DNA of 28,905 nt from Polyangiales bacterium (GTDB lineage Bacteria; Myxococcota_A; Polyangia; Polyangiales; Houyiibacteriaceae), in contig JBGCFM010000245.1 of NCBI GenBank assembly GCA_045106895.1, positions 1-28,905 of the forward strand. The letters are read 5' to 3'. Below the pieces are notes generated by a model that saw only the letters and a program-made list of their open reading frames with translations, was not told the origin of the DNA and did no database searches. The translations under genes were made by a program, and so were the position numbers. This document shows, one piece after another, positions 25,226 through 28,905 of this stretch. How positions within the stretch are numbered: the stretch's first letter is position 1; the number at the start of each line of letters is the position of its first letter.

Positions 25226-26937
25226 GGATCCCCCCATTGCATGAGCAGCCCCATGCTGCTCTCGCTCATTTCGCTGGTCATCTCGCTGGTCATCTCGGTC
25301 TCAGCGGTATTCGTTGGCGTCGCCGTTGTCATCGCCGTCGTCATCGCCGTCGTCATCGCCGTCATCGCAGTGGCCTCCGGCGTCATCTCGCTAGCCGCCT
25401 GAGTCATCGCCGTCTCCGGCTCCATCACGGTGGCCTCTTCCATCGAGGGGCCCTCGACAACCGCCGCCGCCTGCGTAGTCATCGATGACCTCATCCCGCT
25501 CGCCATGCCTCGAGGACGTGTACGCATCGTCGCAACTTGTTCCGGCGGCTGCTCGTCAGGTTCTGGGGCCGCAACCTCGACGACCGTCGGCGTCTCTCTC
25601 GAACCTGCGTTTGAATCGGAGTCCACCGGAGGAGCCGCCGCCGCCGCCGGCGGCGTTTCGTGTGGCTCGAGCGGAATCGCCGTGGGCGCCGCGGGCCGAA
25701 GCGCGAAGAACACACCCACCAACGCGAGGGCGACGGCGAGCCCGCCGAGGAGAAGACCGGTATGTTTCTTCGCCGCAGCGGGGGCTTGTCCAGCGGAGTC
25801 GACGGCGCCGAGCGCGAGAGTGCTGCTGGTCTCGCGCTGGGCGCTCACCACCGACCCTGTTGGGACGACGGCGGAGGTAGAGATGCCCGAACTGGAGGTG
25901 CTAGCGAGTGGGGATGCGACCCTCGTCGCTTCGTCGTCGGGTTCGTTGCTGAGGGCTCGCTTGAGGCCATCTTCGAGGGGCGCCAAGGAGGCTGCGCCGT
26001 GGAGCTTTACGTAGTCAGCGACCGCCGACTGACGCGCAGGTTTGATGGCCGCACGCAGCGCTTGTGCGAAGGCTCGCGCGCTCTCGTAGCGGTCGTCGGG
26101 CTCACGCTCAAGAGCCTTGGCCACGCAAGCCCCGAGCTGCTCTGGCACGCCGTCACGGTAGTCGTGGACCGTGGGTATCGGCTCGTCGAGCACCTTGCGG
26201 AGGATGTTGAGTGGGTTGTCGGACTTGAAGAGACGACGTCCCGTGATGAGCTCCCAGGCGACGATTCCAAGAGCAAAGATGTCCACACGGGAGGTGAGTG
26301 TGCCACCTCGCGCTTGCTCCGGCGCGAAGTAAGACATCTTGCCTTTGACCTCGCCGGTCTGGGTTTGAGAGTGACTCTGCATCGCCCGCGCGACACCAAA
26401 GTCCGTGATACGCGTCCGGCCCGCGCGGTCGACGAGAATATTCTGCGGAGAGATATCCCGATGAATCAGCTTGAGCGGATCGCCCAGCGGCGTCGTCGCT
26501 TCGTGCGCGTCGTGAAGCCCCGTTGCAGCTTGCGCGATGATCTCCACAGCAATGTCGAGGGCGACGTACTCGCCACTTCTCAGCACGCCGCGGATCAGCT
26601 GACCGAGCGGCACACCGACGACAAGCTCCATCACCAGGTAGAGCGAGTTATCCTCGGCGCGTCCAAGGTCCAACGTCTGAACGACGTTGGGGCTTGAGAT
26701 GTGCGCTGCCACTCGGCCTTCGTCGAGGAACATGGACACGAACCGCTCGTCGTCGGCGAGGGTCGGGAGCATTCGCTTGAGCGCGACGACCTTTTCAAAG
26801 CCGCCTTCGCCCACGATTCGTGCCGCGTAGACCTCTGCCATGCCTCCGCCGGCGATGCGGAAGAGCGTCTCATAGCGGCCAAAACGCTGGCCGCCGGACG
26901 CCTTCAGGCGCCCGGTGTCATCTGGGCTTGGATTCAC
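25222..26937 (-). CDS. Transmembrane Ser/Thr protein kinase with Met/Thr-rich low-complexity C-terminal tail
   Basis: AGGGMAEV, VALKR, HRDISPQN, DFG, YFAPEQ; TM LLLGGLAVALALVGVFFAL. Start uncertain (GTG 26937 or 26985). Confidence 0.93.
   Translation of the reverse strand: MNPSPDDTGRLKASGGQRFGRYETLFRIAGGGMAEVYAARIVGEGGFEKVVALKRMLPTLADDERFVSMFLDEGRVAAHISSPNVVQTLDLGRAEDNSLYLVMELVVGVPLGQLIRGVLRSGEYVALDIAVEIIAQAATGLHDAHEATTPLGDPLKLIHRDISPQNILVDRAGRTRITDFGVARAMQSHSQTQTGEVKGKMSYFAPEQARGGTLTSRVDIFALGIVAWELITGRRLFKSDNPLNILRKVLDEPIPTVHDYRDGVPEQLGACVAKALEREPDDRYESARAFAQALRAAIKPARQSAVADYVKLHGAASLAPLEDGLKRALSNEPDDEATRVASPLASTSSSGISTSAVVPTGSVVSAQRETSSTLALGAVDSAGQAPAAAKKHTGLLLGGLAVALALVGVFFALRPAAPTAIPLEPHETPPAAAAAPPVDSDSNAGSRETPTVVEVAAPEPDEQPPEQVATMRTRPRGMASGMRSSMTTQAAAVVEGPSMEEATVMEPETAMTQAASEMTPEATAMTAMTTAMTTAMTTATPTNTAETEMTSEMTSEMSESSMGLLMQWGDP
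25261..25368 (-). repeat. Intragenic 12-bp tandem repeats encoding (AMTT)n and (EMTS)n
   Basis: + strand TCGCTGGTCATC x2 (25271-25294) and CGCCGT(T/C)GTCAT x3 plus a 9-bp copy (25321-25365). Confidence 0.85.
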
Positions 26938-27081
26938 AGGTAGCGATAATGGTAGATCGGAATTGCTCTGTTGACCGAAAAACACCCCATAAGAACCCCT
27001 CGGTGGAGCTGATTCTTTGAACTTTTCCCTTTGGGGTCCGTGATTTCCGACAAAATCAGTGCGGCGCGCGCTCCTGGCGCT

Positions 27082-27693
27082 CTATTCGCAGAAGTGCAGG
27101 CCGCCGTCGCCGCCCTCACAGCTGCCGCCGGTCGGCATCCCAGAGACAAGACCGCATCCGATTTCGCAGCGCCCGACGGTGCAACGCCAAACCGGAAAAG
27201 ACGTCCTCGGCTCCGCGTTGCACAAGCGCACCAAGGGGCCGTCTTCTTCGCCGGGGGTCGTGAAGGACGCGCACGCTTCATCACGACAGAGCGGGAAGCG
27301 AACAAGGTCGAGGTCCCAGCTGGTCTGTTGACCTTTGTAGAACGGGGTCTGCAGCTCATACCAAAGCTCGGACACCGGGTCCCGGAGGTCTTGGCAACCC
27401 TCCATGCGACACAACCGAATCTTGATGAAAACGTTGCGCTCAACATCCAGCGTCTCGAGGGAGAACGAGTAGGTCGAAGGCGTCGTGGTGAGCTCATGAA
27501 CTTGAGGAAGGCTCACAGCTTCCCAGTCCAGTTCGAACGAGTCGTCGCGACGTGCCTCGACCACCACGAAGAGGGAGTCAAAGCCAGCGGGCCGAGCGGG
27601 AAAGCGGAGCTCCCCATCAAGAGTGGCGTTCCGAGTGCAACCTGGAAGCACACCCAGCATCGAGAGGGAGAGAGCGAAGAGTAAGAATCGCAT
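27082..27693 (-). CDS. Hypothetical Cys-rich lipoprotein
   Basis: Lipobox LPG-C; beta-rich N-terminal part; many Cys in the C-terminal half; starts 3 nt after the upstream stop. Confidence 0.82.
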   Translation of the reverse strand: MRFLLFALSLSMLGVLPGCTRNATLDGELRFPARPAGFDSLFVVVEARRDDSFELDWEAVSLPQVHELTTTPSTYSFSLETLDVERNVFIKIRLCRMEGCQDLRDPVSELWYELQTPFYKGQQTSWDLDLVRFPLCRDEACASFTTPGEEDGPLVRLCNAEPRTSFPVWRCTVGRCEIGCGLVSGMPTGGSCEGGDGGLHFCE

Positions 27694-27696
27694 AGC

Positions 27697-28425
27697 TTAG
27701 ATTTCCAGGGCGTTGTCAGGGTGCATGACATCGAGCTGAGCGTTTTCCTGAAGGAAGAGTCCAACGCCGACGCCAGCACCTGCGAGGACGATACCTGTGA
27801 TGACCCAGAAGACAGGGCTCTTGAAGACGCTGGTGGTCTCGATCTCGATCTCCACCATCTCGACCTGCAGTGTCCGGCGCTCGCCGTCGTCGAGCTGACC
27901 TTCCCACGTCCACGGCTCATAGCCAGGACGCGAAGCCTGCACTCCGTTCGGTCCTGGGTCTGCTTCGATGTTCACTTCTGTGCCGCGCTCGCTCTCGTGG
28001 CCGCGGCCGTTGATACGAATCTCATAGTCCGCCTCGGCATCGAGTCCCGCGAGAGTCAGCACCGCGACGCGCGCGGCTTCTTCGGCTGCCTTCACACGGG
28101 AAGGTTCCGCGGCGGGGCTGTCGCCGTGCGAATCGACGACGCGCTGAAAGGCATCTCGAGCCTCCCGGTGACGACCCAACGCGCGAAGAGCCATGGCGGC
28201 GTTGTAGAGCGCTGTCGGTACACCGCTCATGAGATAGGCCCGCTGGAAATGCTCCAAAGAGTCGGCCCAGCGACCCTCCGTCGCATCCTCAGAACCAGCA
28301 ACGAACTCCGCTCGCGCTTGGTCGCGGTTTTCATCTTCGGTCTGTGCCGCCGCGAAACTTGGGAGGGCGGCAAAGGCGAAGACAGCTGCCAAGGCCAGGG
28401 GCAAGGGCCGAGTGAATAGACGCAT
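27697..28425 (-). CDS. Secreted TPR protein with PEGA-like domain and C-terminal TM helix
   Basis: Signal peptide ending AAAQ; TPR (ARAEFVAG...WADSLEHFQRAY...ALYNAAMALRALGRHREARDAFQR); IRINGR...ADPGPNGVQASRPGYEPW; SPVFWVITGIVLAGAGVGVGL. Start 28425 or 28434. Confidence 0.85.
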   Translation of the reverse strand: MRLFTRPLPLALAAVFAFAALPSFAAAQTEDENRDQARAEFVAGSEDATEGRWADSLEHFQRAYLMSGVPTALYNAAMALRALGRHREARDAFQRVVDSHGDSPAAEPSRVKAAEEAARVAVLTLAGLDAEADYEIRINGRGHESERGTEVNIEADPGPNGVQASRPGYEPWTWEGQLDDGERRTLQVEMVEIEIETTSVFKSPVFWVITGIVLAGAGVGVGLFLQENAQLDVMHPDNALEI

Positions 28426-28478
28426 CGAGGTCATGCTAAGGCAATTCGTTTGGTACGTCAGCAAACGCTCACTTCGCC

Positions 28479-28904
28479 TCACTCCGCGTGCCGGAGGAGA
28501 TACTCCTTGAGGCGCAGCTTTCGGCGCGTGCTGTCGCTCGTCATATAGCGAATCTTGCCGAAGATCGGCCGTTCTGGACCCCAGGCGCGGTCGTAGCGAC
28601 CCAGGACCCAATAGATGCCGGAGTACGAGTTTGGGTCTCGGCCATCCAGGGCGTACTTGTCGTTCAGGTACACCATGCGCTCCGCTGCGAGCTGAGGCGT
28701 GGCGGACCACTGAAGGATCTTCTTCCCCCAGAGCATGCGCAGGTAATTCTGCATGACACCGTGACGCGTAAGCTCCCGCTGGGCTGCGTTCCAGATGTCG
28801 TCGTCGGTCTCGGCGTTCTCAAGGGCGCTCAGCGTGTACTCCTCACGCGGATCTGCGGCGTGCTCCGCCAACGTTGTCCGTGCCCAGTCCGGGAGGGATT
28901 CATA
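28479..28904 (-). CDS. phrB: Class II CPD photolyase, C-terminal FAD-binding part (5' end outside the window)
   Basis: LPDWARTTL, WNAAQREL, NYLRMLWGKKILQW, LNDKYALDGRDPNSYSGI, DRAW.ERPIFGKIRYM; frame open to the window edge. Confidence 0.93.
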   Translation of the reverse strand, partial: YESLPDWARTTLAEHAADPREEYTLSALENAETDDDIWNAAQRELTRHGVMQNYLRMLWGKKILQWSATPQLAAERMVYLNDKYALDGRDPNSYSGIYWVLGRYDRAWGPERPIFGKIRYMTSDSTRRKLRLKEYLLRHAE

Positions 28905-28905
28905 C

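Noticed and set aside
25261..25368. Tandem repeats as a CRISPR array
   Set aside because: In-frame 12-bp coding repeats with no spacers and no cas genes.
324..28419. Many long overlapping ORFs (e.g. 324..1055+, 2378..3133+, 4155..5666+, 6772..7761-, 17232..18308+, 25660..26697+, 27721..28419+)
   Set aside because: Antisense or off-frame shadows of well-supported genes, expected in GC-rich DNA; no motifs.
23866..28904. Functional folate link between the photolyase antenna and metF
   Set aside because: Four unrelated genes separate them, the antenna domain is outside the window, and nothing in the sequence supports the link.

Overview
GC-rich, gene-dense bacterial chromosome segment. Its gene content (Pkn-type Ser/Thr kinases, Myxococcus-type Cys-rich repeats, TPR/PEGA-like secreted protein, ECF-FecR pair) suggests Myxococcota, probably Polyangiales; this is inference, no search was run. 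From left to right: partial FecR-type anti-sigma and ECF sigma (-); divergent beta-strand-rich secreted protein (+); two tandem paralogous membrane proteins (-); WGR-DUF4132 protein; small membrane protein plus a frameshifted HTTM-like membrane protein; Ser/Thr kinase-degenerate cyclase-STAND-TPR protein translationally coupled to a patatin phospholipase; a spacer with tandem DnaA boxes and an IHF-like site; TPR-like protein; Cys-repeat lipoprotein; tandem cNMP-binding protein (-); moxR-DUF58-transglutaminase operon; M28 peptidase lipoprotein; and a minus-strand run of class II photolyase (partial), TPR protein, lipoprotein, membrane kinase with a Met-rich tail, DUF971 and metF. No rRNA, tRNA, CRISPR array, transposase or integrase was seen. 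The best leads are the STAND-kinase/patatin pair, two divergent copies of a putative ECF promoter motif, a ~147-nt multi-stem intergenic element, the DnaA/IHF site and the tandem membrane paralogs.
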